Shown: in pieces, positions 1 to 10,309 of the stretch
Position numbering within the stretch: the first letter of the stretch is position 1
Layout of the letters: every line of letters starts with the position of its first letter
Origin: a phage
Reading direction: 5' to 3' (one strand)
DNA: 64,000 nucleotides
Sequence record: PZ386974.1
The notes under the pieces: generated by a model
Told to the model about the DNA's origin: nothing
Databases searched by the model: none
What the model saw: the letters and a program-made list of their open reading frames with translations, nothing else
Program-made: the position numbers and the translations under genes

Positions 1-390
1 TTCTTTTAGAAGAGCCGGTAATTGGGCCGCAATGCGAGGACCATAGAAAGTGTTGAAGTTCGCAGGCAAAGCATCTGATTTTGGTTTAGAAATAAATTTA
101 GCGACATTAGGATATGCTTTAAACGCTTCTTCTGCATCAGTACCACCAGAAATCATAAACTTCCAGAAGTCTTCGGCATATTCATAAGAGATGCGGTTAA
201 TACGTGGGTCGGTCATTTTGAATGATGATGGATTGTCAACAACTACTGTCATGGACCCGATTTCATTACAACGTCCAATACGAGAATTAGTTACGAATTC
301 GGGGTTTTCTAAAATTTCACGATTGACTGCTTTAAATGCGGTTTGAAAATCTGCGGCTTTGATATATTTCATTGTGTTATGTTTTCCCAT
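1..390 (-). CDS. hypothetical protein, N-terminal ~130 aa only; gene runs off the window start
   Basis: Open minus-strand frame from ATG at 390 (GAGGT SD 5 nt upstream) to position 1; not in ORF track because truncated. N-terminus MGKHNTMKYIKAADF... does not match my recollection of T4 gp42. Confidence 0.5.
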   Translation of the reverse strand, partial: MGKHNTMKYIKAADFQTAFKAVNREILENPEFVTNSRIGRCNEIGSMTVVVDNPSSFKMTDPRINRISYEYAEDFWKFMISGGTDAEEAFKAYPNVAKFISKPKSDALPANFNTFYGPRIAAQLPALLKE

Positions 391-432
391 GTTTACCTCA
401 ATACAATTTATTATATACTCAATTCGTAAAGC

Positions 433-672
433 TTATTTGAATTTCTTGGCAATGTTGATATAACGTAAAGCTTCAGAATCTATACTTCCAAGAACACTAT
501 GAAGGAATGCATCAGTGTAGTATTCCAATTGAACAGGTTCTTTAATCACTTTAGCCGCTTTGGTTTCAAACAGGCCCATAAGGGCCTTTTTAAGAATTTG
601 TTCGTTAGTGTTCAGTTTAATAGTCAAAATCTCTTCGTTAAGATTATAATTAAAAGTTTTTCTAGAAATCAT
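433..672 (-). CDS. hypothetical protein (79 aa)
   Basis: ORF tiling the minus-strand gene array; start overlaps stop of upstream gene (669/672). Confidence 0.45.
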   Translation of the reverse strand: MISRKTFNYNLNEEILTIKLNTNEQILKKALMGLFETKAAKVIKEPVQLEYYTDAFLHSVLGSIDSEALRYINIAKKFK

Positions 673-1838
673 TCCGGGTACCTCAAAGCGTCATCAGAGT
701 TAGTTATATCAATAATAGATATAGAGTTTTCTGCTAACCCGTTTTTAGATAATTGACGTTTATAATACCTTTCACAATATGTACACGTTGACCCACAGAT
801 TTCATTAGCACAATCAAAATCTGGATGTCTGAACCACCTTTTTTCTAAAAAGCCATCTAACAAAGAGGTTTCAATATTTACTGTATGTGAAAACTCAGTC
901 TCATTTTCAAGAGTGAAAATAGTCTCTAAAGGCTTCCACAGTTCTAACAAATTACCTTCAAACTTTTCAGAAGCGTATGCTTCAAGAACTTTCAAAATGT
1001 AGTCTGTGCTACCTGTACGTCCTGAAACTTTGAATTGAGTGATACCAATATCATTATAAAGTTTCAAATCTTGAGGACGAACAAAACGAGTTCTCAACCA
1101 ATTAAATGGGTCTGTATCACGAGCTTTAATACAGTGCTGCATTGGATATCCGTTTAAGGATTTAGCATCATCAGCTGTAACATCAGTACTATGGAAAATA
1201 TAGCAAGAGTCACGATAGCTACAATGTGTTGTATACCCTTTACCAGCATTAGAACAGAACTCGTTTACAAGAACTTCAAATATTATATTGTTCTTATTGC
1301 AAAACTCTGCTGCACGCTTCAGGAAAGAAACTGAACGGTTCTTATGAATTCCGCAACAGACCTTTTTGATGTTATATTGGTCATGCAAGTATTTGATTTG
1401 AGTTACAGCATCGACATGTAGAATTGTTGAAACTTCAATCTCAATATCTTTATTGACTTCACGAACAATTTCCATAACAACAGGGTTAGCGATAGTAATA
1501 CGCCATACGCCTATTGACCAAAGATACTGAACATAATCCTGAATAGCTTTCTTCTTCCACTCAACTAGTTCTCTTTTTGAACCAGGATTTATCGTGTTGA
1601 GTGTATAGTTAAAGCAAATACCTAATTCGTTACAACGTTTAACGTAATCTTCTAACATCTTTTTGTCAACGTCAGGAAGCCTAAAATCAGGTCTGGCTGC
1701 TACAAAAGCCATTTCTCTTGTAGAGCCGTATACTTCGTTTATCAAGCTATTAGGATAAGTTTTATTGAGCTCTACGATTTTATCAAGAAGAGCTAAATCA
1801 AAATTCGTTCCGATTTTAAAAGTATTCATTTTTTGCAT
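669..1838 (-). CDS. Cys-rich protein of unknown function (389 aa); candidate transferase or metal-binding enzyme of the sugar-nucleotide cassette
   Basis: Long ORF with many Cys including C-terminal C-x3-C-x2-C (CGSTCTYC); no family assignable by eye. Confidence 0.6.
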   Translation of the reverse strand: MQKMNTFKIGTNFDLALLDKIVELNKTYPNSLINEVYGSTREMAFVAARPDFRLPDVDKKMLEDYVKRCNELGICFNYTLNTINPGSKRELVEWKKKAIQDYVQYLWSIGVWRITIANPVVMEIVREVNKDIEIEVSTILHVDAVTQIKYLHDQYNIKKVCCGIHKNRSVSFLKRAAEFCNKNNIIFEVLVNEFCSNAGKGYTTHCSYRDSCYIFHSTDVTADDAKSLNGYPMQHCIKARDTDPFNWLRTRFVRPQDLKLYNDIGITQFKVSGRTGSTDYILKVLEAYASEKFEGNLLELWKPLETIFTLENETEFSHTVNIETSLLDGFLEKRWFRHPDFDCANEICGSTCTYCERYYKRQLSKNGLAENSISIIDITNSDDALRYPE

Positions 1839-1884
1839 CTCGCGTTAATTGATGCGATGGTTTTTGCAGGTCTTACTTAAATTA

Positions 1885-2286
1885 TTATAGGTTCGGTTTA
1901 TATGATTTAAATGTTTCGAATTCGCCTTTATTCATAAGAGCTTTGAATTCGTCGGGACGCATAGCTTTGTCGTCGATAATCCAATCATATACTGGTTTAT
2001 GTGTTAGCAAATTATGGTACTTCAAACCAATGTTTTCCAAGTTCTGAATCAGACTTGGGAGAATGTCAATTGCTATACGACCAGGACCTACTGACTTCAT
2101 ACCGCGAGCAGTGTAAAGCGTTATGGTATGCCCTGCATCATACAGGGCATTAATGGCAGACACCATTTCGACGTCTGGTTTGAAGTTCACGTAATCACGA
2201 TTGTTATTCCACTCTGTTATACAATCATCGACATCAAAATAAAGATTAAGCATGTTTTCTACACGGTGCATTAGATTCGTTCCCAT
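1885..2286 (-). CDS. putative HAD-like phosphatase (133 aa)
   Basis: N-terminal hhhDxDD motif (LYFDVDDCIT) and C-terminal DD (WIIDDK) resemble HAD motifs I and IV; short, so tentative. Confidence 0.5.
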   Translation of the reverse strand: MGTNLMHRVENMLNLYFDVDDCITEWNNNRDYVNFKPDVEMVSAINALYDAGHTITLYTARGMKSVGPGRIAIDILPSLIQNLENIGLKYHNLLTHKPVYDWIIDDKAMRPDEFKALMNKGEFETFKSYKPNL

Positions 2287-3956
2287 TGATGAGTGATATC
2301 GCCACCGATTGGACGGTAAGAAACACCAGTTTCTTTATCAGTTAGTACCCATTTACCAGGATTTTTTGTAATCAGAGTAGCCGTTACAGGTTCTGCTACG
2401 TCATAACTAATAGAGCCGTCTTGAAGTACACGGCCCATGTTACGTAATTGCTTAGTCAGAAGTTCCATACCTTTATAATATGCGGCTACCGCTTTAAGTG
2501 GATTATTCTTGAAATAACCACCTAATGCAATCCAGATAATTGCTACGGCCAAATGATGATACTCGTTAAACGAACTCAGCTTTCCATATTTGTAAATTAA
2601 TGGATTGATGTTAATAGTCACATTACAAGTTGTTTCGTCAATAGTAAACTGTCCCCAGGTCGGATTAGCGTTGAATTCATCATAACCTGAAACAGCATAA
2701 AGCACTTTAGCTTCATCATACAATTTTGGCCCGTAAATCTTGGTTTCACCAAAATATCCACGAGGGTCGATAAACTTGACTTCGCCGTTATCAGTAATCA
2801 TAGTATTACTGAAGTTCGGGTCACCATGAATAACAGAGTACTGTCCCTGAGAACGGTTATGATAACGAATAAGGTGTTCTAAAGCTTGTTTCAGCATTGG
2901 CTTCAGACGCCCAATCTTAGTGTAGTTCACATGGGTGATTTTACCAAATGAATCAATCAATGGTTGAATGCTTTCACAACGATCAATAACTTTCGTATAG
3001 AATTCTTTAGTGAAATCACGACGAACAGTTTCAGGACTTACAAAATAAGTGTCTGTGCTGAATTTCAGTGCATCTAAAATTGCATCAACAATTTGTGGAC
3101 GAGCAAGACTTGATTTGGATTTAATATATTCAAATGCCGGCTTACCTTTAATGCGTTCCATTTCAAAGTTATTTTCATTAACAGAAACTAACTGAGGAAC
3201 TGAATCTGATTTCACTTTAAGATACCATGAAATCTCATCTTTCTGAAGAGCTCGACCCTGTTCGGTTAATGCGAATTTAGTTACAGTTTCTTCACCAATT
3301 TCAACTGCATTAAAACTACGATTAAGTTCACGAACTTCATGAGCTTTTTCAAGTTTAGGCATATCACCTAAATCAATTAGATTCATAAGCTCTGATTTAT
3401 TGAATGCGCTGCCGTAAAGGAATTCTACGAAATCACGTCCTTTGCAGTATTCATGAATTTCCTCATCGGTAGAACCCATATAGAATTCCCAGTCTTTGAA
3501 CTGATAAATTCCTACAACATTACCACCTGTTGAACCTACGTTAGTGATATTTTCACCGTCGAAATTATATCGACATTCGTCACCCTTAACATAGATTGCG
3601 TTAACATTCCAAGACCATGAACCAAAATCGGGAATAATATCACACCAGTTAACAATTACATTATGGCCGTCTAAATCTTTGTGTAATTTAGCAAGAGCAT
3701 AAGCAGAACCATACGCTTCATCAACTGTGCGAATAGTCACATTGAACCCTTCTTGCTCACAATAAGCTCGAACAGTTTCAGCAAATTTTGAATGAACTAC
3801 TACAATAATTTCATCTGCGCCAAGGTCAGAATAAATTGTATACAAATTGCTCAGAATAGTGTCTTGTTTATAGTTAACAAGCACCTTAGGAATATGATGC
3901 GTTATTGGATATAAACGAGTCGCCAGTCCAGCACCAAGAATAACAGCTTTTTTCAT
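2271..3956 (-). CDS. bifunctional sugar-1-phosphate nucleotidyltransferase / kinase-like protein (561 aa)
   Basis: N-terminus MKKAVILGAGLATRLYPIT matches the G-x-G-T-R-L-Y-P-[IL]-T signature of RmlA/GlmU-type NTases; C-terminal HGDPNFSNTM...FIDPRG resembles APH/choline-kinase catalytic motifs. Confidence 0.7.
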   Translation of the reverse strand: MKKAVILGAGLATRLYPITHHIPKVLVNYKQDTILSNLYTIYSDLGADEIIVVVHSKFAETVRAYCEQEGFNVTIRTVDEAYGSAYALAKLHKDLDGHNVIVNWCDIIPDFGSWSWNVNAIYVKGDECRYNFDGENITNVGSTGGNVVGIYQFKDWEFYMGSTDEEIHEYCKGRDFVEFLYGSAFNKSELMNLIDLGDMPKLEKAHEVRELNRSFNAVEIGEETVTKFALTEQGRALQKDEISWYLKVKSDSVPQLVSVNENNFEMERIKGKPAFEYIKSKSSLARPQIVDAILDALKFSTDTYFVSPETVRRDFTKEFYTKVIDRCESIQPLIDSFGKITHVNYTKIGRLKPMLKQALEHLIRYHNRSQGQYSVIHGDPNFSNTMITDNGEVKFIDPRGYFGETKIYGPKLYDEAKVLYAVSGYDEFNANPTWGQFTIDETTCNVTININPLIYKYGKLSSFNEYHHLAVAIIWIALGGYFKNNPLKAVAAYYKGMELLTKQLRNMGRVLQDGSISYDVAEPVTATLITKNPGKWVLTDKETGVSYRPIGGDITHQWERI

Positions 3957-4137
3957 GTTGAAGTCCTCATTGGTAAGTAGGAGTATTGTACACTATTCTA
4001 GTTAAAGCATTCATACTTTGCTTGTAGTCCAATCATAATCCATCCAATTACAAGTGTTGGAATCATTACTGGAGCCGTTAAGCTCCAGTAGATAGTCATG
4101 ACAAGCATCAATAGTAAAAGTCCTATTGTTATTGCTT

Positions 4138-4773
4138 TCATTGTTCGCCTCGTAACATGGCACCTAGTGCACCGCCTGGATGGAACTTAAGGAAGTCATT
4201 AGAGGTAAATCCACGCTCAGACGAAAGGTTGATAGCGAACGTATCGATAAGCGCTAACAACAATGTAGTGGACATAGTCGGAGCTAAAGAGTTCTCGTCA
4301 ACTTCTACCGCGATACCGGTACAGAACGTATAATCAAAAAGAGCTTCGTATTCTTGTGGAATGTCAGGGTTACAATGTAACAGAATCTGTTTAACCTGAG
4401 GACGAATCATACGAAGATGTTTAGCAACACCTATCATTTCTTCAGTCTTACCAGAACGACTGATGTGAACTAATACATCATTAGGTGCAATAAATCCTGC
4501 GTCACCATGAGAATAATGCCCGGTGTTCAAGTACATACTCGGGATACCGAGTGAAGCAAATGTCTCAGAAGCTTTAGTTGCAATATTAGCATTCTTACCA
4601 ACACCTGTAATAATTACTCGGCTTTCATAATTACTAAGTCCTGGGCGTCGAAGAGTTTCTAGAATAGCATTATAACGAGCAGGGTTTTGACTAATTACTT
4701 TGGCCATAGCGGCCAAAGAAGAAGCTTGTTTTATGATTGCGTCAATAGCGATAGTAATAGGAGTAGTTTTCAT
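4138..4773 (-). CDS. SIS-domain sugar-phosphate isomerase (arabinose-5-P isomerase / GmhA-like), 211 aa
   Basis: GVGKNANIATKASETF and VHISRSGKTEEM are classic SIS-domain motifs; no CBS domains. Confidence 0.7.
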   Translation of the reverse strand: MKTTPITIAIDAIIKQASSLAAMAKVISQNPARYNAILETLRRPGLSNYESRVIITGVGKNANIATKASETFASLGIPSMYLNTGHYSHGDAGFIAPNDVLVHISRSGKTEEMIGVAKHLRMIRPQVKQILLHCNPDIPQEYEALFDYTFCTGIAVEVDENSLAPTMSTTLLLALIDTFAINLSSERGFTSNDFLKFHPGGALGAMLRGEQ

Positions 4774-4813
4774 ATTTCTCTCATTTAATTAGTTTACCGT
4801 CCATGTCATTATA

Positions 4814-7525
4814 TCAAAAATCGAACATATCGAACAGAGATGCTTTCTTCTCGTAATCGAGTTTCGCTGCTGATGTGAATCCTTCAAGTGGTTTAATAAA
4901 TGTCTTCTCAAGGAGAACAGTGTAGTCCATCCAATGAAGTACGTCGTCTTTAATTAAATCTGTGATTTCAGTACCAGAAGGCCATGCGATACATTTATCA
5001 CCGAATGGGTTTCCTTCACGTAAAGGCAGAACATATACTTTTTCACCTTCTACAACTTGCGGCGCATCGATATTACCTTTGATAGCCCGGTTATACGTCA
5101 GAATTCCACGAATATGGAACGGGCATTTGGGACCAGGGAATCCACCGACGTCATATTTAGCAATGTTATTCGCAGAAGATACCGACGCGATGCTAATATA
5201 ATTCAATTGACGGAATTCTTTTTCAAACTCTTTAAAATATTCTTGTAATGATTCTTCACCTTCTTGAAGCATACGACGAATACATTCCTTAAGAGCTTTC
5301 TGTACTGCTTTAGGGGTCGAAGATTTCTGAGTCTCTAGACCCATGATTTTGAGTTTAGGCTCAGCGTATCTGGTTCCTTCCATATCCCACACGTTTAATG
5401 CATAACGTTTCTTACCAGTCCAAAATCCGCCAATACCTTTAGAACCAAGCGGAGGCCCAGCGATAGCTTCTCGGTCCATGAACATTAAGTGTTGTTTATT
5501 GTTCATGTATTCACACATTTCACGGAAACCTCTATCAATAGCAGGTTCCATACGTTCACGTGCAAACTTATCTAAGAAGTCTACCCAATGGTTGGTATCA
5601 CGGAATTTAGATTCACCAACCTTATCGATAATTTTATCAGCAGATACGTAAATAGAGTCTGTATCACCATAAAGAACGAAAGCTTCACCTTCTGTACCAC
5701 AAACTTCATTCAGATATTCATTAACTTTACGTTCAATCCACTGTAAAGCCATTTGCCCGAATGTTGTGATTGCAGTAGCATTACGCAAATCATAATAACG
5801 GAACCAAACGTTGCCAAGTGCACCATAAAGTGAGTTGATGAGCAATTTACGGTTAATTTGTGCAGTCATACCTGCAACTTCAGTACGTTGAGCTCTAAAC
5901 AACATTTCGTTAAGAGATTTAGCAGACAACTTTTTAATCTTTTCTTTAATCTCATCACTGAAGTCGAAACGATAATCAACATCTAATGGTTCGTCAACAG
6001 AAAGATTAGGATTATGCAATGCCTCTTTAATTATTTCACCATTGCGTTGAGCCGCAAGCATATAACCTTTGTGTTCTTTACGTTGATTAAAGACTTTAGT
6101 GATTTCAGTTGGAACAACACCGTCACGGTCTTTATAATACATCATGCCGTTAGGAGAACAACTGTACACATCAGAAGGACGTTCAGCAACAGCGTTAATA
6201 TAATCATGCAATGGAGCTACTTTAAACGTTCCTGCTATTGTTTCTGGGCTAATATTCACTTGGCGAATAATACTTGGATACAGAGATGTGAGGTCGAAGC
6301 TCATCACATATTTGTATCGATTTGGAATAGGTTCCTTAACAAAAGCGCCAGGATAAGGTTGAACCGGATGAGAACGACCTTGTGGAATCACCTTGTTCTG
6401 CTCTTTAAGGCTATTAAAAATAATAGCATCCCATGTTTTAATTGGGCTAAACACAGATTGAATCTGTATCTTAGCATAATAACCCATGTCCAAGCTCAAG
6501 TTAATGAACTGACGTTTACCATCAATTTGCAATACACGATACACGTCGATAATGTTATAAGAAATATATCGTTGGTGATTGCTTTCACGAAGCTTAGAAA
6601 TAGGGCCGTCATATTTCAGTTTACCAACGTTCAATTCAAATTCTGAAATGTAATCCAGAGAATACGACGGTTGATTGGTAAAAGAGAATTTTTTGTAAAG
6701 GTCAATGTAATCAAGAACAGAGATACCGAACAATGTAATGATTTCACGAGAACCATACATGTTTTCGATAACTTTAACACGAGTTTTACGATGTGGTGAT
6801 AAACGTTTCGCAGTAGATTCGCCAAAAATATTCTTGATTCGGTTATACACATATGGAATATCAAATGACTCAACGTTCCATCCAGTCAAAATGACAGGAG
6901 TTTTCTGTTGCCAGAAGTTGAGATATTCCATCAACAATTCTTTTTCATTATCGAACGGCATATAAATGATTTTATCGATAATTTCGGATGGAACTTCATC
7001 ACCACCTTGTTCTTGAAGCTTAGCCGCAATTTCGATAGACCATTCTTCCACATTACCGTATGGAGAATTCAAAAGGTCAAATACGTAGAACCTGTCGTCA
7101 ATTGAGTCATAATGGGTGATAGCATCAATCGGATGTTTTGCTTGTGACGGCTCAGGGAACCCGTCCGGAGATGTTACTTCGATGTCGAAGTTAGCCACAC
7201 GAATTTTTGTATGGTCGTATTTGATTTCATAGTTATAAGTGTCAGACAAATACGCCAATTTGAAATCGTCCATGCCAAGTGCTTCAAGTCCGATATCTTC
7301 CATGCGTTTAATCCATTGGGAGGCATCACGCATATTAGCGAACAACTTACGAGTACACGGCTTACCGTAGATATCGAAATATTTCGTAGCCTGACTTTCT
7401 GGACAATGAGCAAACAGTGATGGTTTATATTCTACTTCACGAGTACGTTCACGGCCATTAGAATCGATGTAACGTTCAAAAATTGAATCACCAATCTGTT
7501 CAACCGTTAAGTAAAATTCTTTCAT
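4814..7525 (-). CDS. 43: DNA polymerase (family B), T4 gp43
   Basis: 903 aa; N-terminus MKEFY...ERYID..G.ERTREVEY and YGDTDS motif; co-linear with T4 gp43. Confidence 0.95.
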   Translation of the reverse strand: MKEFYLTVEQIGDSIFERYIDSNGRERTREVEYKPSLFAHCPESQATKYFDIYGKPCTRKLFANMRDASQWIKRMEDIGLEALGMDDFKLAYLSDTYNYEIKYDHTKIRVANFDIEVTSPDGFPEPSQAKHPIDAITHYDSIDDRFYVFDLLNSPYGNVEEWSIEIAAKLQEQGGDEVPSEIIDKIIYMPFDNEKELLMEYLNFWQQKTPVILTGWNVESFDIPYVYNRIKNIFGESTAKRLSPHRKTRVKVIENMYGSREIITLFGISVLDYIDLYKKFSFTNQPSYSLDYISEFELNVGKLKYDGPISKLRESNHQRYISYNIIDVYRVLQIDGKRQFINLSLDMGYYAKIQIQSVFSPIKTWDAIIFNSLKEQNKVIPQGRSHPVQPYPGAFVKEPIPNRYKYVMSFDLTSLYPSIIRQVNISPETIAGTFKVAPLHDYINAVAERPSDVYSCSPNGMMYYKDRDGVVPTEITKVFNQRKEHKGYMLAAQRNGEIIKEALHNPNLSVDEPLDVDYRFDFSDEIKEKIKKLSAKSLNEMLFRAQRTEVAGMTAQINRKLLINSLYGALGNVWFRYYDLRNATAITTFGQMALQWIERKVNEYLNEVCGTEGEAFVLYGDTDSIYVSADKIIDKVGESKFRDTNHWVDFLDKFARERMEPAIDRGFREMCEYMNNKQHLMFMDREAIAGPPLGSKGIGGFWTGKKRYALNVWDMEGTRYAEPKLKIMGLETQKSSTPKAVQKALKECIRRMLQEGEESLQEYFKEFEKEFRQLNYISIASVSSANNIAKYDVGGFPGPKCPFHIRGILTYNRAIKGNIDAPQVVEGEKVYVLPLREGNPFGDKCIAWPSGTEITDLIKDDVLHWMDYTVLLEKTFIKPLEGFTSAAKLDYEKKASLFDMFDF

Positions 7526-7606
7526 TTAATTTCCTTTAGACGAGTTATTGTCTTTTGTTTGTTGATGAACTTATTATACTCCAAATGGGACCGAAGTCCC
7601 ATTGCT

Positions 7607-7984
7607 TTAATTACCAATTGTATATTTTGCTTTCAAAGTCCAGTCATCTTTCTGTTTAAAAGAGATAACACGGAAGTTATTAGTCAGGCCAAACAGATCT
7701 TCACGAGCAGAGTCTTCAATAACAATCAATCCCCAGTCTTCAAGCAACTGGGCAATCGAATCACGTCGTTGGTAGTCTTCACCATCAATATCAACTTGAC
7801 GCCCGTCCATACGCAACATTTCTTTAAAGTGGACGATGTAATATTTACCTTGCTTTTGGAGGATATGACAGGACTGATAAAGAACTTTATCCTTGTTATT
7901 AGCGATGCCCATACGGGTCAGAGTCTCTTTGACTTTAAGAAAATCTTCGGGGTTCTTCAATTTAATTTCAATCATTTTTACCAT
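7607..7984 (-). CDS. regA: translational repressor RegA
   Basis: 125 aa ORF between 62 and 43, conserved T4 position. Confidence 0.8.
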   Translation of the reverse strand: MVKMIEIKLKNPEDFLKVKETLTRMGIANNKDKVLYQSCHILQKQGKYYIVHFKEMLRMDGRQVDIDGEDYQRRDSIAQLLEDWGLIVIEDSAREDLFGLTNNFRVISFKQKDDWTLKAKYTIGN

Positions 7985-8541
7985 TCCAATGCTAATTTTT
8001 TAAATTGTTTTTGTTCTTTCACATTTTTTGTAACTTCTTTGAGAAACTCATCAGTGACCATGGCCTTCAGTTCTTTAAGGACTATTGGCAACTTGTTATT
8101 TTTTTCAAGGAGCCGCTTATACTCAGTAGCATCATTCATGTTGATTGTGTAACGTTTCATCAACAGTTTGATAACTAGTAACTCTGAAGTGTCTTCGACT
8201 AGTTTAGCCCATTTAGAGAATCGACGACCACGCGGAATTGCCGCCATCATATAGTTGAAGTGCGCTTCATCACTTAATTCAGAACCGACTAAGTTCATCA
8301 TGTAAACAGCTGGCATACATTCTGGAAACTGGGATAATGAGTTCTCAACCATAAATTTTGAGTAGTCAACCTGAGCAATTGACATAGGTTTCTTTTCATT
8401 AATAGCATTAATGATTTTAAAGAATTCATTCTCAGGTTTTTCTTTAAACATATCAGCACATTTTTGAATCGCATCAGCGTCATTAGACTTCCATGCAATT
8501 TGGTGCTCGTTAAGCCGGACGTCATCATCGAATAAGTTCAT
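7978..8541 (-). CDS. 62: clamp loader small subunit gp62
   Basis: 187 aa, directly downstream of gp44 with overlapping stop/start; T4 synteny. Confidence 0.85.
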   Translation of the reverse strand: MNLFDDDVRLNEHQIAWKSNDADAIQKCADMFKEKPENEFFKIINAINEKKPMSIAQVDYSKFMVENSLSQFPECMPAVYMMNLVGSELSDEAHFNYMMAAIPRGRRFSKWAKLVEDTSELLVIKLLMKRYTINMNDATEYKRLLEKNNKLPIVLKELKAMVTDEFLKEVTKNVKEQKQFKKLALEW

Positions 8542-8542
8542 A

Positions 8543-9505
8543 TTATTTCCAAGTCAGTTCGCAGGTCAGTTGAAGAAGCATATACATAACATGTAATTCA
8601 ATATTACTTGCTAATCCATGAAACTTGTTGTTTTCGCCTGCAATTTCATAAAGCGAAATAATACTTTTACCAGGTGCAACTTGGTCATAACATTCTGAAA
8701 CTAATTTATCGATGAACCATGAATAATCTGCGGCATATTTTGGAGCTAATGCACGAAGCTGTTTGATATCTTTGTTCTTCATTGCTTCGATAACATCAGA
8801 GACTGTGCCACGGTCATTAGTTACGATAGACAAAATACCCGCATCAAGAACACCTTTAGACGAGTACTGGTCTAATTGGCCAATTGTACGACGAAAGTCC
8901 GGGAAGTTCTTTTTAACCAGAGCTGCAACAACTTTCATATCAGCGATTTCGATATTTTCATTCTTACAGATTTCAACCATACGATGAATCATTTTCTTCA
9001 TCATCGAGATTTTATCTTCTTCGGTTGGACGTCCGAATTCGATAACTCGACAACGACTACGTAACGGTTCGATAATTCCATCGATGTTGTTGGCAGTAAT
9101 AATAATAGAACAGTTACTAGAGAATTCTTCCATAAACGTACGAAGGTGACGTTGTGATTCGGCGAGACCACTACGATCAAATTCATCAATAACAATAACT
9201 TTAGGCTTGCCTTCCATTGAGACTGAACGAGCGAATGCAGTTAATGGACCACGCACAAAATCAATCTTACAATCAGAACCGTTGACGAACATCATTTCGG
9301 CATTGATATCATTACATAATGCTTTTGCTACGGTTGTTTTACCTGTACCAGGAGAAGGAGAGTGCAAAATAATATGAGGAAGTTTTCCTTTAGATACTAA
9401 AGACTTGAATGTTTCATGGTCATACGCAGGCAGAATACATTCGTCAATGGAAGAAGGACGATATTTCTGTTCTAGAATGTGTTCTTTGGAATTGATAGTA
9501 ATCAT
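8543..9505 (-). CDS. 44: clamp loader large subunit gp44 (AAA+ ATPase)
   Basis: 320 aa; Walker [11 protein letters not shown] and Walker B VIVIDEFD. Confidence 0.9.
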   Translation of the reverse strand: MITINSKEHILEQKYRPSSIDECILPAYDHETFKSLVSKGKLPHIILHSPSPGTGKTTVAKALCNDINAEMMFVNGSDCKIDFVRGPLTAFARSVSMEGKPKVIVIDEFDRSGLAESQRHLRTFMEEFSSNCSIIITANNIDGIIEPLRSRCRVIEFGRPTEEDKISMMKKMIHRMVEICKNENIEIADMKVVAALVKKNFPDFRRTIGQLDQYSSKGVLDAGILSIVTNDRGTVSDVIEAMKNKDIKQLRALAPKYAADYSWFIDKLVSECYDQVAPGKSIISLYEIAGENNKFHGLASNIELHVMYMLLQLTCELTWK

Positions 9506-9580
9506 GTAATTTTCCTCATTATCATTAAACTGGAGGATTTCTCCTCCATAATCGTACTACATTAAACGTAAAGCTTTGAC

Positions 9581-10267
9581 TTAGAAGTCGTGAGTAGAAT
9601 CGGCTTCCATCGCAATAACATAACTTACTTGAGAGCTTTCAAACTTAGCTGCAACTTTATCACCAGCTCCCCACAACATTACTTTATAGTTACCTGGCTG
9701 AATTTTCATATTAGCCATATTGATTACGAAGTTAAAGTTGTTAGAACCATCATAATCAGTAAGAGTCAAAGAATACTTAGGACGAGTTAGTCCAGAATCT
9801 TCAACTTTATTATAACCATTGATAACAATTTTACCATCTTTATTTGTAATAGCAATTGTATCAATCTGGAGACCACGTGAAACTCGAAGCAATTGTTGAA
9901 GGTCTTCAGCTTTAATTTCAGTAATCACAGAAGCCACCGGGAATTGAATTGGCTTATTAGGAAAAACAATGGTGCTCTTGTCGGCAGCAGGCCAATAAAC
10001 TGTGGAACGTGTATCTGCAATTTTAATATTGCCGTCAGTGTGCATTGAAATTTCAGCATCGTCAGACACTAGACTCAAAATGCTTAAGAAGCTATTCAAA
10101 TCATAAAGTGCTACGTCAAAATCAATTTCATCAGAGATATTTGCTTCCGCATAAGTGGTGCCATTAACTGCACGAGTCATAATAAATTTACCTTGACTCA
10201 GCAGAATGCCGGAGTTAATAGAGGCAAAGTTTTTCAGAATAGCGATAGTATCTTTAGACAGTTTCAT
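9581..10267 (-). CDS. 45: sliding clamp gp45
   Basis: MKLSKDTIAILKNFASINSGILL matches T4 gp45 N-terminus; start set at second Met (AAGGAA SD) rather than ORF-track start 10282. Confidence 0.9.
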   Translation of the reverse strand: MKLSKDTIAILKNFASINSGILLSQGKFIMTRAVNGTTYAEANISDEIDFDVALYDLNSFLSILSLVSDDAEISMHTDGNIKIADTRSTVYWPAADKSTIVFPNKPIQFPVASVITEIKAEDLQQLLRVSRGLQIDTIAITNKDGKIVINGYNKVEDSGLTRPKYSLTLTDYDGSNNFNFVINMANMKIQPGNYKVMLWGAGDKVAAKFESSQVSYVIAMEADSTHDF

Positions 10268-10309
10268 TTTATTTCCTTTCAAGACAATTCAAAGTTTATA
10301 ACAAATTTA

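Noticed and set aside
1-390. Assignment of the first partial gene as dCMP hydroxymethylase (gene 42)
   Set aside because: Its position suggested gene 42, but the N-terminal 130 aa do not resemble my recollection of T4 gp42; left as hypothetical.
669-1838. Radical-SAM or U32-peptidase assignment for the 389-aa Cys-rich protein
   Set aside because: The CxxxCxxC lies at the extreme C-terminus and the PROSITE-like U32 signature does not match; cannot be supported without profile searches.
6014-6646. 210-aa plus-strand ORF inside gene 43
   Set aside because: Antisense to the well-supported DNA polymerase gene; low-complexity, Phe/Asn/Ile-rich translation typical of a shadow ORF in AT-rich DNA.
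7559-8152. 197-aa plus-strand ORF across regA/62
   Set aside because: Antisense shadow of two conserved minus-strand genes; hydrophobic low-complexity product.
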